NCBI GenBank assembly: GCA_951406725.2
Contig: OX597815.1
Coordinates: 209,994,001 to 210,058,000, forward strand
Length of the DNA: 64,000 nucleotides
Reading direction: 5' to 3'
DNA from: Octopus vulgaris
Lineage: Eukaryota
Positions 41,556 through 55,233 of this stretch are shown one piece after another; within the stretch, counting starts at the first letter, position 1; the number at the start of each line of letters is the position of its first letter. The translations under genes were made by a program, and so were the position numbers. Below the pieces are notes generated by a model, which saw only the letters and a program-made list of their open reading frames with translations, searched no databases and was not told the DNA's origin.

Positions 41556-43262
41556 AAGAACTATTATTTCTATTGAGAATCTCAGAAATCTCCTGCTCAA
41601 AGATAAGACATAAGGCAGTCAAAACGATCAACCCGGCATTGAGTATATGCACATAGTACTCAACGTAGCATCAATTCACCTTATTTAAACTAACCAGAGC
41701 CAGGATTCCGACCAATCCGATTGTACTTTACTTTCGAGCTCCATGTCATTAGATGCAGGACATAAAACATCTTGTTATTGAATGATAATAGCTAGAATTC
41801 GTTGAGAGACACTTCAGTGCTGCATTGGACAAATGAAGATGCTTACCTAGAGGATTCCTTACACGTTCATAAATAATTTCTCATGAGATTGAATATGTTT
41901 CCATAGTGCACGAGTTTAGATGTGAAGATGGTGATGATTTCTGTTTCGAATTGGATGTTTGTTTTTATATTTTTGTAGGCATTGGACTTCCGTCATGCTG
42001 AGACGAAGCATTCAAGGATTTCTTTTATTCAATCATATTGACTTTTGCACATATAACACTAAGTCATGCGTTAAGACACGACGCCAGTTTCGAAAGTTTT
42101 ACTGTACACACTAACGCACAAAGACATAGAAATGCGTACATCATTCACAAATACATACTGCTCATATATACAAGCACGCATGTATATACATGATTATACA
42201 TACATGATTATATATAAATGCATGTACATACAGTAAAATTGTTGTGAGTTTCTGTATCCCAATACACCTAATTGTTTTACATTGTGGTTCACTTCAGAAA
42301 CATACATGTACCTATTATATACAAGTATTTTGAATTTGGTGATAAATAACTTCTACCAACCCTTTTTGACCTTGACCTGACTTATGTTCAGAAGCTTTTC
42401 TGCTGTGTGTAATACATCCTTCCTTATTTTAAATGACAGGTTTAGACGTTGAGTGGAAATTACATGCTTTTTTTTTCTTGCCAGTTGTGAAGCATCTGAG
42501 AGACATTCGCGTTAGTTCATTTGTTGGGAATACGTTTAGCTGGTCAGCTGTTTTGCATTTTCTTGGCAGAATCTGTTTTTAATGTTTTAGTTGATGCTTT
42601 GTTGATTTCGATATTATACATTAGTTATTATTGCAATATTATTGAGCCCCTTTGCCAGAGCAGTTGGAGGGAGGCAAAAATCAAAGAGCTTGCGATAAAA
42701 CGGATTGTGGCATTAAACTCCGTACTTTTATCGTCTGAGTTCGCTTTCAACTCTGGTCAATTTCGATATTATCTTTTTATGCGACAATAAATTTAGTAAC
42801 ATTGTAATAATGAACCTCCTTTTAACCGACTACACCAGACCATCAATATTCATGATCTTCTTATTGCTGTTGCGAATTTAGTTTCTTTGTAATACCAGAT
42901 CAGCGCTAATTGCTCAAATATCTGATAGAATGTTATTTAGGCATAGCCATTTGTTTTGAGAATTATCAAGGACCACGTAATATAAATTATCGTTGATCGA
43001 TTTACAACGTTGGGGTGATTTGAGAATGATGTGACAGCTGCCCCTAACAGGCGCGGCCACAATGTAGATGCTCCTTCAGTGTTTGATTTTCGATTTACAT
43101 TGCTATCGTAATTTTTAGTAAATTTCCTTGATTTTACTGGTTTTTCATAACGCCTTCGTAAACTTGAACGTGGTTGCAGTTATCCACCTAAACCTAACCA
43201 ACATGTCTTTATTTGTTTCGAGCTAAATATTTGTACATCATTTAAGTTTTTAGTGGCTTTAA

Positions 43263-43907
43263 CCCTTTAATATTCAGAGTACTCCATCAAATCTAATGCT
43301 TTTTGATTCACGCTGTTTTGAAGTAATCATGCATTATCTTGTAGCTTCGAGATTTTGATGATATTTCTTTTTCTTTTTCTTTTTACATGTTTCAGTAATT
43401 TGACTGCGGCCATGTTGGAGCACCGCCTTTAGTCGAGCAAATCGACCCCGGGGCTTATTCTTTGTAAGGCCAGTACTTATTCTATCGGTCTCTTTTTGCC
43501 GAACCGCTAAGTAACGGGGACATAAACACACCAACATCGGTTGTCAAGCAATGCTAGGGGTACAAACACAGACACACAAACACATACACATACATACACA
43601 TACATACATATACATATATATACATATATACGACAGGCTTCTTTCAGTTCCCGTCTACCAAATCCACTCACAAAGCATTGGTCGGCCCGGGGCTATAGCA
43701 GAAGACACTTGCCCAAGTTGCCACGCAGTGGGACTGAACCCGGAACCATGTGGTTGGTTAGCAAGCTACTTACCACACAGCCACCCCTGCGTTGCTTATT
43801 TTTAGAATGGTATTGGATGGTAGGTGTGAGAGACTTAATATGGCCAGACTTAATATAAAACCAATAGAATATTTGGGCCGGAAATGGCCGGTTTAAATAC
43901 TAAAGGG
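43263..43907. mobile_element. piggyBac-type non-autonomous element (MITE) hosting a SINE
   Basis: TTAA|ccctttaatatt ... aatactaaaggg|TTAA: TTAA duplication and CCC...GGG termini. Confidence 0.75.
43364..43791 (-). mobile_element. SINE family B, near full length
   Basis: Reverse-complement match to 25603-26018. Confidence 0.92.
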
Positions 43908-44447
43908 TTAAGGTGGAATTTGAAGAAGAGGGAGATTCAGCTGTCATTTCTATTAGATCAATCAACTCCAAATAGACTTACGATCCATCCACAAGTTGTT
44001 ATGATATTGTTCACGACGCTACTTTTGATAAAATTAGAGATGCTGTTTATATTGATACAGTTAATGCAGTAGCGTTGCTGGTAATAATCTTGCTGTTGAT
44101 GCTAACAATTTTGTGTTTGCCATTGTGGAAACACCACAGCTGTTGGAAGTTATTGTCGGTGTCCATTTTTGAGCTTGTTCATGTTGTTATTTTTATAACC
44201 GAGTTCCATTTTCTTGAGGTTACTCTTATAACTAATAATGTACGCTTTATGTTGTTGCTACAAATATCGCATATTTTAATAATGTGTTTGTTTTTTTTTT
44301 TTTCTACTACTGTTGATGTAGCTTTCGTTAAATTGGACAGAAGATTGGATAAAAATAAAGTTATAAAAGTTATTTTAAAATCTGTTGAAACACAATGTAA
44401 TATGTTTGTCTCCAGTGTTTTTCTGAGATAGAACTATCGTTTCTCTT

Positions 44448-44451
44448 ATGG

Positions 44452-44483
<32 letters not shown>

Positions 44484-44524
44484 TTGTTATCCTCAAAATC
44501 ATCATCACTGCTTCCATTACTATT

Positions 44525-44556
<32 letters not shown>

Positions 44557-44738
44557 CACCAACACTACCACCACCACCACCACAACCTCCACCACCAAAA
44601 CATCCTCACTATTATCATTATTCATAGCAGCATTTTTATAATTCTTGAATATTCGTGTACTTAGTTTCAGTAGCACGTAAAATAATGATAGTGGTGGACA
44701 TGGTACTCTTGTTGTTGCTGTTGTAATTGTTGTTGCTG

Positions 44739-44770
<32 letters not shown>

Positions 44771-44825
44771 GATGGCGGCGTCGGCGATGATGATGATGAT
44801 GAATGATGATGATGATGAAGACGAG
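44448..44825. repeat. Compound trinucleotide repeats (GAT, CAC, CAA, GTT, GGT)
   Basis: Read directly. Confidence 0.9.
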
Positions 44826-46467
44826 GAAGGGGTTGATCGAGTGGTGGCTATCATGCTGAGTTATGGCAAAAAATAACACCAAAGGGGGAGAAACAAGCAT
44901 GACAACAAAACAAAAAATGGCGAAAAGACATTTCACCATCAAAGTAACTTTTTGAAAAATAGCATCTGTCTATCAGTGTGTCCTTTGCGTTTGAAATAAT
45001 GTTTAAACGAGGCCAAATACAACAAAATCCACTAACATGTTTAAAATACATGAATATGATGCATTCATGTTTAGGTTTCAAATCTGAAACGAATGAATTA
45101 GGAGATATTTTTAAGATTGAAACCACGTTTATAGAAATGCTGTTTATCAATACAGTGTTTCTATAGTATGTAAACATTTGTATATGCATCTGTGCATACA
45201 TACCAATATAAAGCACATAGAAACATATCCACTTATGCAGATAAATTATGCATTCACTTTCACAAATATGTCAATACCTAGCCAAACGCATACACGCGTA
45301 CATATTTCCAGAACTACTATAGTTACATATTTCTACCAAATAATGGGTACAAGACGTGACAATGTCTAGAAATAACATTTATTCAAAAGTTTAATTATTA
45401 AGTACTGTATATGTTTCGCGGTCATTATCTTGTAAAAGAGTATTTTTATAAAGTGCTTAATAAGTATACGAATATGTAATATTTGCTCGAAGTCTGATAT
45501 CAGCTGTTTCGATATTTTTCTATTTTCACTAGGAGAGGTATAGGCTCTAAACTGGTTATGAAGTTTCTTTTATAGATTTTATAGAATATTCAACTGAGTC
45601 AGAGGCAAAATAATGAACTTATATGTCAGAATGTAAGGAAATGGAATGGCATTATACTTACTGATTGCGAAAATGCGAAAGACAAATTCAAACAACCCTT
45701 TTCAGAATTTGAACTCATAACGTAAAACGCACAAAACTAATAAGAGCAGGTAGTTTACCAAATGTTTTAAAGACTCTACCAGTTCGTGGCCTTTGGGTTG
45801 ATAAATATTCTTGTGCTATAAATAATGGAGAGGTGGTCAATACTGTAAGGGAATGTGAAAACAGTATACTGCAACAACCAGGTTAAATATGAAGGAAATA
45901 TGGATGTAGTTTGTATATTTAATATATGTATTCCAGTACATTTTCTCAGCATGAAATGCGGTTGTTTGCTAAATGTTAGTAATTTTTGCAGATCTTATCC
46001 TGAATTTGACGCTGCACTGTGAAAACACAACACCAATAATCCGATTCAATTCCTGATGCAACATCTGATTATCCAGTATTCTAATAACCTGGAGGTATGT
46101 AACCGTATCTCGGTCCATACTTGTGTTTAATCTGTACAATAGTCCGGCTGTAATTTTACTAAACATCTTTTCCTTTATTTTTATTTTCTTGTTTGGTTTC
46201 CAACTGTTTGTAGCATTCCCTGAACTAATTTTCTTTTACCCTTCTTTTCCATTTTATTTATTTCATTTATTCTTTTATTTTATTACAGATATTGCAAGTG
46301 TCTCTTCACTTTAATTATTACGAGTTTGTTCAACCTAGACTATAATATCAGTTAAAATTACCTCTTTCCCTCGCAATATCTGCATATGGATGAGGGTATA
46401 TGTTAGTGATTGTGCATGCATGAATGTGTGTATGTATGCATATATATAAATATATATATATGCAGAT

Positions 46468-46507
<40 letters not shown>

Positions 46508-46516
<9 letters not shown>

Positions 46517-46689
46517 GAAGGAGCTTCTACAGGACTAGAACTGTTTCATTCAAGAGAAATCATCAGGATTTCTCTTGAATGAAACAGTTCTAGTCATGTA
46601 GAAGCACCTTCTATATAATAAATTAATTTTACTCTGTTATGTATTGAGTACCTTATTTACTGTGGTTAACCCCGAATCAACCCGGGACC

Positions 46690-46692
<3 letters not shown>
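46508..46692. mobile_element. Fold-back Penelope-like terminal fragment within (TA)n
   Basis: ~54-bp arms 46508-46561/46567-46620 (2 mismatches). The minus strand across the turn reads CTGATGA-TTTC(tctt)GAAT-GAAAC. Confidence 0.7.
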
Positions 46693-46729
<37 letters not shown>

Positions 46730-46813
46730 TACAAATATATATATACATATCACATATATATATATACATATATGTATCATATATATGCATATATATATAT
46801 ATATATATATATA

Positions 46814-47021
46814 TTTAGTATGTGACCTCGTCTGTATCACTAGCGATGTTTTTCCTCTGTCTTCCCTTCTCGGGACCTTTCCTTCTCCTATGTTTCCGAC
46901 GAAGAGCTCCGCTCGAAACGTCAAACCCTCCTTCTTCCCTTCTTTCCTGAGCGTCCAATAATACTTTATTTGTTCCACGTCCTTGCGTTGTTGTCTTTTT
47001 GTTTTCTTGTTTGGATTAACT
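46814..47021 (+). mobile_element. Penelope-like terminal fragment with hammerhead motif (46892-46926)
   Basis: GTTT-CCGACGA-A-GAGC(tcc)GCTC-GAAAC-GTC-AAAC; TA tracts on both sides. Confidence 0.65.
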
Positions 47022-48154
47022 ATATATATACATAGTATATGTATTTATGTATGTGTGTGTGCGCGTGTGCGTGTGTATATATATATATAGGTATATATAT
47101 TTATAGGAATATGTGTGCATGAATCTATGTATCACGGAAAAATAAAACTATACCCTCATTTAATATCAACACTCATATTTCAGTTAATAGTGCTAACATA
47201 TGACATGGATATGCTTGACGCATGCAGAAGCATATCAATATATACTGGATGTATGCAAATGGCAATTCAGTTTATAGTAGTAATATTTATTATATCAGTA
47301 TATGAGTTCAGTATTTGAATTAATCCTTCGCTTTGTAAACAGACGATTTCTATATTCAATATGAAAATATTTGATTTCATCAATTGTCTTAACAGTCATT
47401 ATCGCTTTTTGTTACACAGAAAATGTCTGACCTATCACGAATGTGTCAGATATTCAAAATGAACTCCAATCATTTGAACATCAAACAAATGTAGCTTACG
47501 AAGGTAACTTCCCACGGTTGCTCGACCTGATAGAAACAGCAGCCATATTGTCTTAGAAAAGGGAAGTAGATATGAGAGGGGCGTGCATGGAATATCTTTC
47601 ACTGTGTCTGCTTAAATTTTCCAGGGGAATAAAATCGCAAGAACAATAAAGATTACACCAGCATTAAGTTAGAAAATAGGTTACCGTAAACTTATACTTC
47701 AAACTTCAATGGGAATTTACGATACGACAACATCAAAAATACCAAAAACGCCTTACGAATGTCTCTTAGCGTATTGAAGACGTATAATGTAAATAACAAC
47801 GATACAAAATCTAAACAAGGCAATATTAAATAGAGGAAATAATACAGAGAGGTATTCAACTATTTGTTAATGTGAGTAAGGAGCCTTTTTAAGAAAGACT
47901 ATGCAAATGTGTGCTTGCTTTGTATTAATCTTTAAATTGAATATCTAAAAGCTACAATATTAATAGTATGAACATATTCAATATAAAGAAAGACGAACTA
48001 CATGTTCGATGCAATTCAAGCTCAGACATTACTAGAATAAACAGACTTTTCACTACGCTGAGCTTGACAAACTACATGCCAGTAATATCACGTGTATTTT
48101 TGTTCTTTATCCTGTTACGTAATTCCTCCTACAACGGCATCCCTGGGTGAAATG

Positions 48155-49349
48155 AATATAATTTTATCGATTACGGTTGCAAGGTCTGAAACTTTTAGAG
48201 GAAGGGATAATCGAGTCACTTATTTTGTTGACCTTGAAAGAATGAAAGGCAAAGACGATTTTAGCAAGATTTGAACTCGCAACGTAAAGCCGGACAAAAT
48301 ACTCTTTTCTACTCTAGTCACAAAGCCCGAAAGTTTTGGGGAGGGGGTCAGTCGATTAGGCCAACCCCAGTAGGTAACTGGTACTTAATTTATTGAATAC
48401 GAAAGGATGAAAGGCAAAGTCGACCTCGGCGGAATTTGAACTCAGAACGTAAATACAGACAAACTACTGTTAAGCATTTCGCCCGGAATGTTAGCGTTTT
48501 TTATTTCTTTACTACCTACAATGGGGCTACACACAGAGAGGAAAAACAAGGACAGACAAACGGATTAAGTTGATAATATCGACGCCAGTGTGTAACTGGT
48601 ACTTATTTAATCGACCCGGAAAGGATGAAAGGCAAAGTCGACCTCGGCGGAATTTGAACTCAGAACGTAGCGGCAGACGAAATACTTATTTCTTTATTGC
48701 CCACAAGGGGCTAAACATAGAGGGGACAAACAAGGACAGACAAACGGATTAAGTTGATTAATATCGACGCCAGTGTGTAACTGGTACTTATTTAATCGAC
48801 CCGGAAAGGATGAAAGGCAAAGTCGACCTCGGCGGAATTTGAACTCAGAACGTAGCGGCAGACGAAATACTTATTTCTTTATTGCCCACAAGGGGCTAAA
48901 CATAGAGGGGACAAACAAGGACAGACAAACGGATTAAGTTGATTATATCGACGCCAGTGTGTAACTGGTACTTATTTAATCGACCCGGAAAGGATGAAAG
49001 GCAAAGTCGACCTCGGCGGAATTTGAACTCAGAACGTAGCGGCAGACGAAATACTTATTTCTTTATTGCCCACAAGGGGCTAAACATAGAGGGGACAAAC
49101 AAGGACAGACAAACGGATTAAGTCGATTACATCGACCCCAGTGCGTAACTGGTACTTTATTTATCGACCCCGAAAGGATAAAAGGCAAAGTCGACCTCGG
49201 CGGAATTTGAACTCAGAACGTAACGGCAGACGAAATACGGCTACGCATTTCGCCCGGCGTGCTAACGTTTCTGCCAGCTCGACACCTTAAAGCCAGACAA
49301 AATACTGCTAACCGTCTTTTCGGTGTGCTAGTCATTCTGCCAGTACGCT
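48155..49349 (-). mobile_element. Nested stack of family A SINEs including a head + 4-body array (48501-49288)
   Basis: Old copy split into 48155-48303 and 49289-49349 by an 18-bp TSD. Inside are an alternative-tail copy (48304-48500) and bodies starting at 48501, 48686, 48871 and 49055. Confidence 0.9.
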
Positions 49350-49673
49350 AAAAATAACATTACAATTAACTCTAAAAATTCAAAAGTTTCATACTTAGTT
49401 TCACTATAGAAATATTCTCGGGCTTGAGCATGAATTTGTCATAGGTAAGATTTCCAAAGATTCAAAGACTTATAATAATATGTCTGAATCAGCCTGTTAA
49501 AAGAACATTTTTGAGAAACAATAATATTCCATAAAGATTAAATGAAACATCGAATAGTGGGCTCGACTCAAAATGTCAATCTAATGGTAGCATCCACTTT
49601 GCTTCCACGCTTTCTCCCTCACATGTACACAAAATGCATGTATGAACACACACACACACACACATATATGTGC

Positions 49674-49724
<51 letters not shown>

Positions 49725-49748
49725 AGTGTGTGTGTGTGTATTTATATG

Positions 49749-49811
<63 letters not shown>

Positions 49812-49815
<4 letters not shown>

Positions 49816-50154
49816 GGTAAAGACCCCCTTCGGTCATGAGTGACCATGGGTTTGCACCTAGAGAGTTACTCTCTGAGGCACAAGTCTGGGCAAGGTTGTT
49901 TTATGGAAGACCAGTAGTCGCCCATGCATACCGGCCTCCCCTCTCCACGCCACCAGTGTTATCCAAGGGAAAGACAAAGGTCGATACAGTTTGGCACCTG
50001 TGACGTCGCAACTCATTTCTACAGCTGAGTGAACTGGAGCAACGTGAAATAAAGTGTCTTGCTCAAGAACACAGCACGCAGCCCGGTCCGGGATTCGAGC
50101 TCACAACCTCACGATCGTAAGCTCGACGCTCTAACCACTGAGCCATGCGCCTTC
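49812..50154 (-). mobile_element. SINE family D (tRNA head, CORE-like centre), full length
   Basis: ggcgcatggctcagtggttagagcg...gagctcgaatccc head; tgtgttcttgagcaagacacttt CORE-like segment. Confidence 0.88.
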
Positions 50155-50164
50155 TAAAATCAAG

Positions 50165-50214
50165 TTCCCATGCCGGGAATCGAACCCGGGCCGCCTGGGT
50201 GAAAGCCAGGAATC

Positions 50215-50218
<4 letters not shown>
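50165..50218 (-). pseudogene. tRNA-Glu(TTC), 5'-truncated
   Basis: TTAGGATTCCTGGCTTTCACCCAGGCGGCCCGGGTTCGATTCCCGGCATGGGAA equals the 3' ~54 nt of metazoan tRNA-Glu; anticodon stem CCTGG/CCAGG, TTC at 50201-50203. The first ~18 nt are replaced by (TA)n. Confidence 0.9.
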
Positions 50219-50263
<45 letters not shown>

Positions 50264-52703
50264 CTAAAGCATATTAACGCAAGAATTTGTAGTACTCTTG
50301 TGCTGCAGTACGTGTTCAATAACAAAAAAAAAAACAAAGAAAAGAAATACAAAAATTAGGAAAAGCATATTTTTACACAAAAAAAGCTGCACAAAATATC
50401 GGTATCTTTCCATAATTTATGACGTTTTAGATCACAATGTGATCAAATTTTATCGATTTTAGGAAGATAATTGAAGACACGTCACTAAATCTATATACCA
50501 AGCAAAGTTTCAAAATGTTATAAGAAATCTATAAACCAGTCAAGATTTTAGAATGCTTGATTAATTGATAAATGAGAAGAATCGATAACAGTGAATGAAG
50601 ATAAGAGAGAAAACTCGGACAAGTTAATATCTGATTGTGGGAAATATTCCACTTGAATTTGAAATGTTTGTAAAAGGAAGATGTATAAATTTCAAGATTA
50701 ATCACTTCCTTAAACTATGAAATGAAGACTTGTTACCTGGTTTCCTCATTAACGTTATGGAAAGCTTCTTAAGCTGTCATTTCTTCCTGTCCATTTTATT
50801 ATCTTGTTTTCTCATTAGACTAATCTAAGTCTTCTATAATTATTACTAATGCCAATCCATTTTATGGCCTCGTTTTCTCAATTAAACAGTTTATCGGTTT
50901 TATTTTACTGAGCTTACTTTTTCTTATTCAAAGATATAATCGGATGTGTGTATATATGTATTTTCTTCTAACATAATTAAAAGAAATTACACCTTTTTAT
51001 TTTCAACGCAGATTATATGAAATGGTGTGCATATGTGTGTGTGTGTACGTGTGAGCATGTCTTTGTGCCTCTGTGTGTGTGTGTGTGTGCGCGTGTGCGT
51101 GAAAGTAACAACTGGCGGATTCATTATCACAAGTCTGTAAGTGTACTTTCTAAGCATGTCTAATAGTCTTCCTGAAACAAGCAAAATCACGTATTTCTAC
51201 ATTATATTACAAATGAAGACATCTCCGTGATTGAACCATCAGCCTCCAATGACTCATCCCGAAGCTATTTCATTGTTATCATTATAAGTTACCCTGTTGA
51301 TATGAGATTCCTTACTCTATTCAAACTTCACTTTTACTAAAACACTATCAATACATCAATTATCCTTCATTATACAGTGTGCTTTATTTTGAATCTTCCA
51401 CAATTGAGATACATTGAAATGGAAACTATATACACATAGTTTTTCTAGCAAAGCCAATACTCTGTCCTATGTACCAAACTATACTCTCAATCAAACTATG
51501 ATAATATAAAATAATTACAGGCCCAATAATTTCTACTCAGAGAAATAGCGATGAATTATTTCTGTTTCAAAGAATCTATTTGGTTAGAGTATATTCGTAA
51601 TTTATGAGAATTATTTGATCTCCTAAATGTAATTACGATTTTATTAGCAGTGAGAACGTAGTAGCTGAATTAATTTGTGCCATATCACTTTTAATAACAC
51701 TACAAATAGCCTAAATACTTAATTTAAATGTAGTTAGGTCTAATAAGTTAAAATAAAAGACTTTTCTTTCTTCCTGACGGAGTATGAAGAATATATTGGA
51801 AATGAAATTTGTCTTCACATTTTAACAATCAAGAGGAAATTATTAATTTTAAAAGATGTGATGGCTTTTCTGCGATATCATTCTAAGGAACTCAAGTTCA
51901 AACACTGTTTCAAATACTAAAAGGTATAATGTGCCTCTAAATAATGTAATATATTTATATTTGGTAGTTCCCACAATAGAAAGCGCTAAAGAGATTTTGC
52001 TAATTTCTAGATATGCGTCATGCTGTATACTATGGAAATAAAGAAGCATAAACAATAACTTATATATATTGATCTTATATGGGGTTCACTGAAAGTGAAT
52101 AAGCTTGAAATATAATGTCTTTATGACCAGAACAACTTTGCTACACATTCCAAAGCAGCCACTATTCCCATGGGAATTAATTGTAGTTCCTTTTGGGACA
52201 TTGACAGAAAACAACAAAACACTCCAAGAAATATATGTACGTATCTGTGAGGGTGTGTGTTTGTGTTTGTATGTGTGTGTGTGAAAGAATATGGATGTAT
52301 ATAAAGATAAAGATATTGATAGAAAGAAGTTCAAATTCTAGTTTAAATTCCTTCTTTCAATGTATGACTGAGCACAGAGACCATAGATTGACCACTGGCC
52401 ATTAAAGACACATACACACACTCACTCACACACACACACGCACACACACACACACACATACACACACACACAAATAGGCATACACATATATTGCCACTGT
52501 AAACTTCATTATTCCAGTGAGGCATTGAAAACTGGTCTTATTTTAGGAGAGTGCTAGTATTGTATATATGCTCCAAAATTGAAATGCTGAATTTAGTTTT
52601 AATTATAAAATTACATCTCAACAGCTCAAAGCATTTTTTTCCAACTTTAGAATTATTGCTTTTACGCTCACATTCTTTCATTTAACAGAATCTTTTTCTT
52701 TCT

Positions 52704-52873
52704 TGCCGCTACGTTCTGAGTTCAAATTCCGCCGAGGTCGACTTTGCCTTTCATCCTTTCGGGGTCGATTAAATAAGTACCAGTTACGCATTGGGGTCGA
52801 TATAATCGACTTAATCCGTTTGTCCTTGTTTTTCCCCTCTGTGTGTAGCCCCTTATAGGCAGTAAAGAAATAA
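52704..52873 (+). mobile_element. SINE family A, 5'-truncated
   Basis: Body and tail only; TSD agaatctttttctttctt at 52687 and 52873. Confidence 0.9.
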
Positions 52874-53667
52874 GAATCTTTTTCTTTCTTTCTTTCTTTT
52901 TTACTACTTTTCGTTATTTTGTCAAATACTTGAAAAAACTGGAGGGAAGTGGGGCAAAATTGATAACTGGGACGAGATGAGTTATTATTAGTTTCTCTCT
53001 GCCTTCTCACTACTTGTCAGAAAACATCACATTGCAAGTATTGCATCATCTTTGGGAGTAAACTTTAGCCACCATTGGTTGTTGCAACTGAGGCAGTTTG
53101 AAACCGTCAAGTAACGAGTATTTTTTTTCAAGAAACTTTCCCTCAAATTTGACCCTGTTGTAATTGAGGTTGATAATAGAATATCTAAACAATTTTGGAT
53201 TTCAACAATCCAAATTCTTTCCTCCGTTGGATTCCAAGTCAATTTTTTCCCACACTAATGTCTAATTTGATCATTTTCAATTTTCAAAATCAATCTAAAC
53301 AGGGGCAAAATGAGTAATGCCTAATTTCAATAACCCTTTCTCCTTATCTGCTTGATACATAAATGTATCAGGAAGAGAGCCAGGTGGAATCTTGCTTTAA
53401 GTACCCCATAAAAAATCTCATAACTTTTTCTAGTTTTTGCAATTTTCAGCGAATTTGTATTTCTGCACTAGGAATTCATACGACTATGGAAAAAAAATGT
53501 TTTTTGTGTCCGATTTAAGGGCTGTTTAACTGTTATTTTTAGCACATCTCATGTCCACCTGATACCCTCCTCGTTTCTTTATCACTCTGACGTACTGATG
53601 TTTTTAAATAGCTTCCTCCCTATAAGCATGTTTAATGGTCTATTGCTGGGATTGAAGTGAAAACACT

Positions 53668-53790
53668 TTACTCTCTCTCTTTTAGTTGTTTCAGTCATTT
53701 GACTGCGGCCATGCTGGAGCACCGCCTTTAGTCGAGCAAATCGACCCCGGGACTTATTCTTTGTAAGCCCGGTACTTATTCTATCAGCAC
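53668..53790 (-). mobile_element. SINE family B 3' fragment
   Basis: tgtttcagtcatttgactgcggccatgctggagcaccgcctttagtcgagc. Confidence 0.85.
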
Positions 53791-54003
53791 TTATTCTATT
53801 ACAAAACTGTTTGTAATTAATAATAATAAAAAAACATTAAAAAAATTTAGAAGAATCATAATTGTATGAATCCTCGTTTATTTTGAAAATCCCAAAACAT
53901 TAAAATGTTATGAGGAATTATATTGGATGCTTAAACCAGAATTCTGCAAAGAACCCCTCCAGTCGATCGTGAAGAAGCTATAAAGGATATTTTATACTGA
54001 GGT

Positions 54004-54391
54004 GTGTGGAAGCACTCCGTCAGTTACGACGATGAGGGTCCCGGTTGATCCGAATCAATGGAACAGCCTGCTCGTGAAATTAACGTGTAAGTGGCTGAGC
54101 ACTCCACAGACACGTGCACCCTTAACGTAGTCCTCGGGGATATTCAGCGTGACACAGAGAGTGACAAGGCCGGCCCTTAGAAATATAGGTACAACAGAAA
54201 CAGAAGTAAGAGTGAGAGAAAGTTGTGGTGAAAGAGTACAGCAGGGATCACCCCCATCCCCTGCCGGAGCCTCGTGGAGCTTTTAGGTGTTTTCGCTCAA
54301 TAAACACTCACAACGCCCGGTCTGGGAATCGAAACTGCGATCCTATGACCGCGAGTCCGCTGCCCTAACCACTGGGCCATTGCGCCTATAC
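54004..54391 (-). mobile_element. SINE family C, full length
   Basis: TSD tatactgaggt at 53993-54003 and 54392-54402. Confidence 0.92.
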
Positions 54392-55168
54392 TATACTGAG
54401 GTATTTGTACTTAGACCCTCAGGATTACTCCGAAGTAGCAATAGCATTACCTTTAATCCTATAATAATGTACTCCCTTTTAAGACCAACATATGTTTCAA
54501 TTGCACCGACTAGTAATCGTTGCAATTGCAACCCTACTGTAGAACGGTGCAGTTTTTTCAGGGTCTTAACTTGATATCCCCCGGTATGATCGTTTAAATA
54601 TTTTCTTTTATAAACTCTGCATTGTATTATGTAGAGTTGTCCGTTAAGTCAGACGCAAACGATCTCTATTTCAAGCTCTTATGGGATAATCCTTTCACAA
54701 CCTTGCATAGTTTAAATGATAATTACTCATTTATATATAGTTTAATTTTCCGTTCAGTTAAGATCAAAAAAGTATTGCATCCAGTGAGATATATTATTCA
54801 ATATACACAGTATACGTTTACGAGCTGATTATAGTTCTATGCTTTGGAGATATAGTCTAGGCAAGTTTTCATAACATGCCTTGTGTCTCTTAGCAGTCTT
54901 ACGGGTCTGAGTACAAAGCCTATACAGTTTGCAAATGAGGACGCTAGAACAAGGGAGATCACGCGAAACAACAAGATGGATGCAAAAGGTGGAACAGTGG
55001 AAAAAAGGAGGCGAAACACAAAGAAAAATACAGTTATATTCCATTTTGCTGTAAAGCCATCTTAAATCTCGTAGTAGAATGAATCAACGGAAATGGGTTG
55101 AAATTCAGCGATGCAACTGCTCGATCTGGAGACGGTGGTCTTCTTCAAACAGAAATATTTCCATATGC

Positions 55169-55233
<65 letters not shown>

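Noticed and set aside
41187-41652. Poly-Asp, poly-His, poly-Met and poly-Ser ORFs
   Set aside because: Frames of a (GAT)n repeat with no non-repetitive coding context.
47420-47503. Possible 84-bp exon (acacag ... gtaact)
   Set aside because: Stop codons in all three frames; no support beyond splice-like ends.
48501-49288. CRISPR-like periodic array
   Set aside because: Units are whole ~184-bp SINE bodies with no unique spacers; no cas genes; eukaryotic context.
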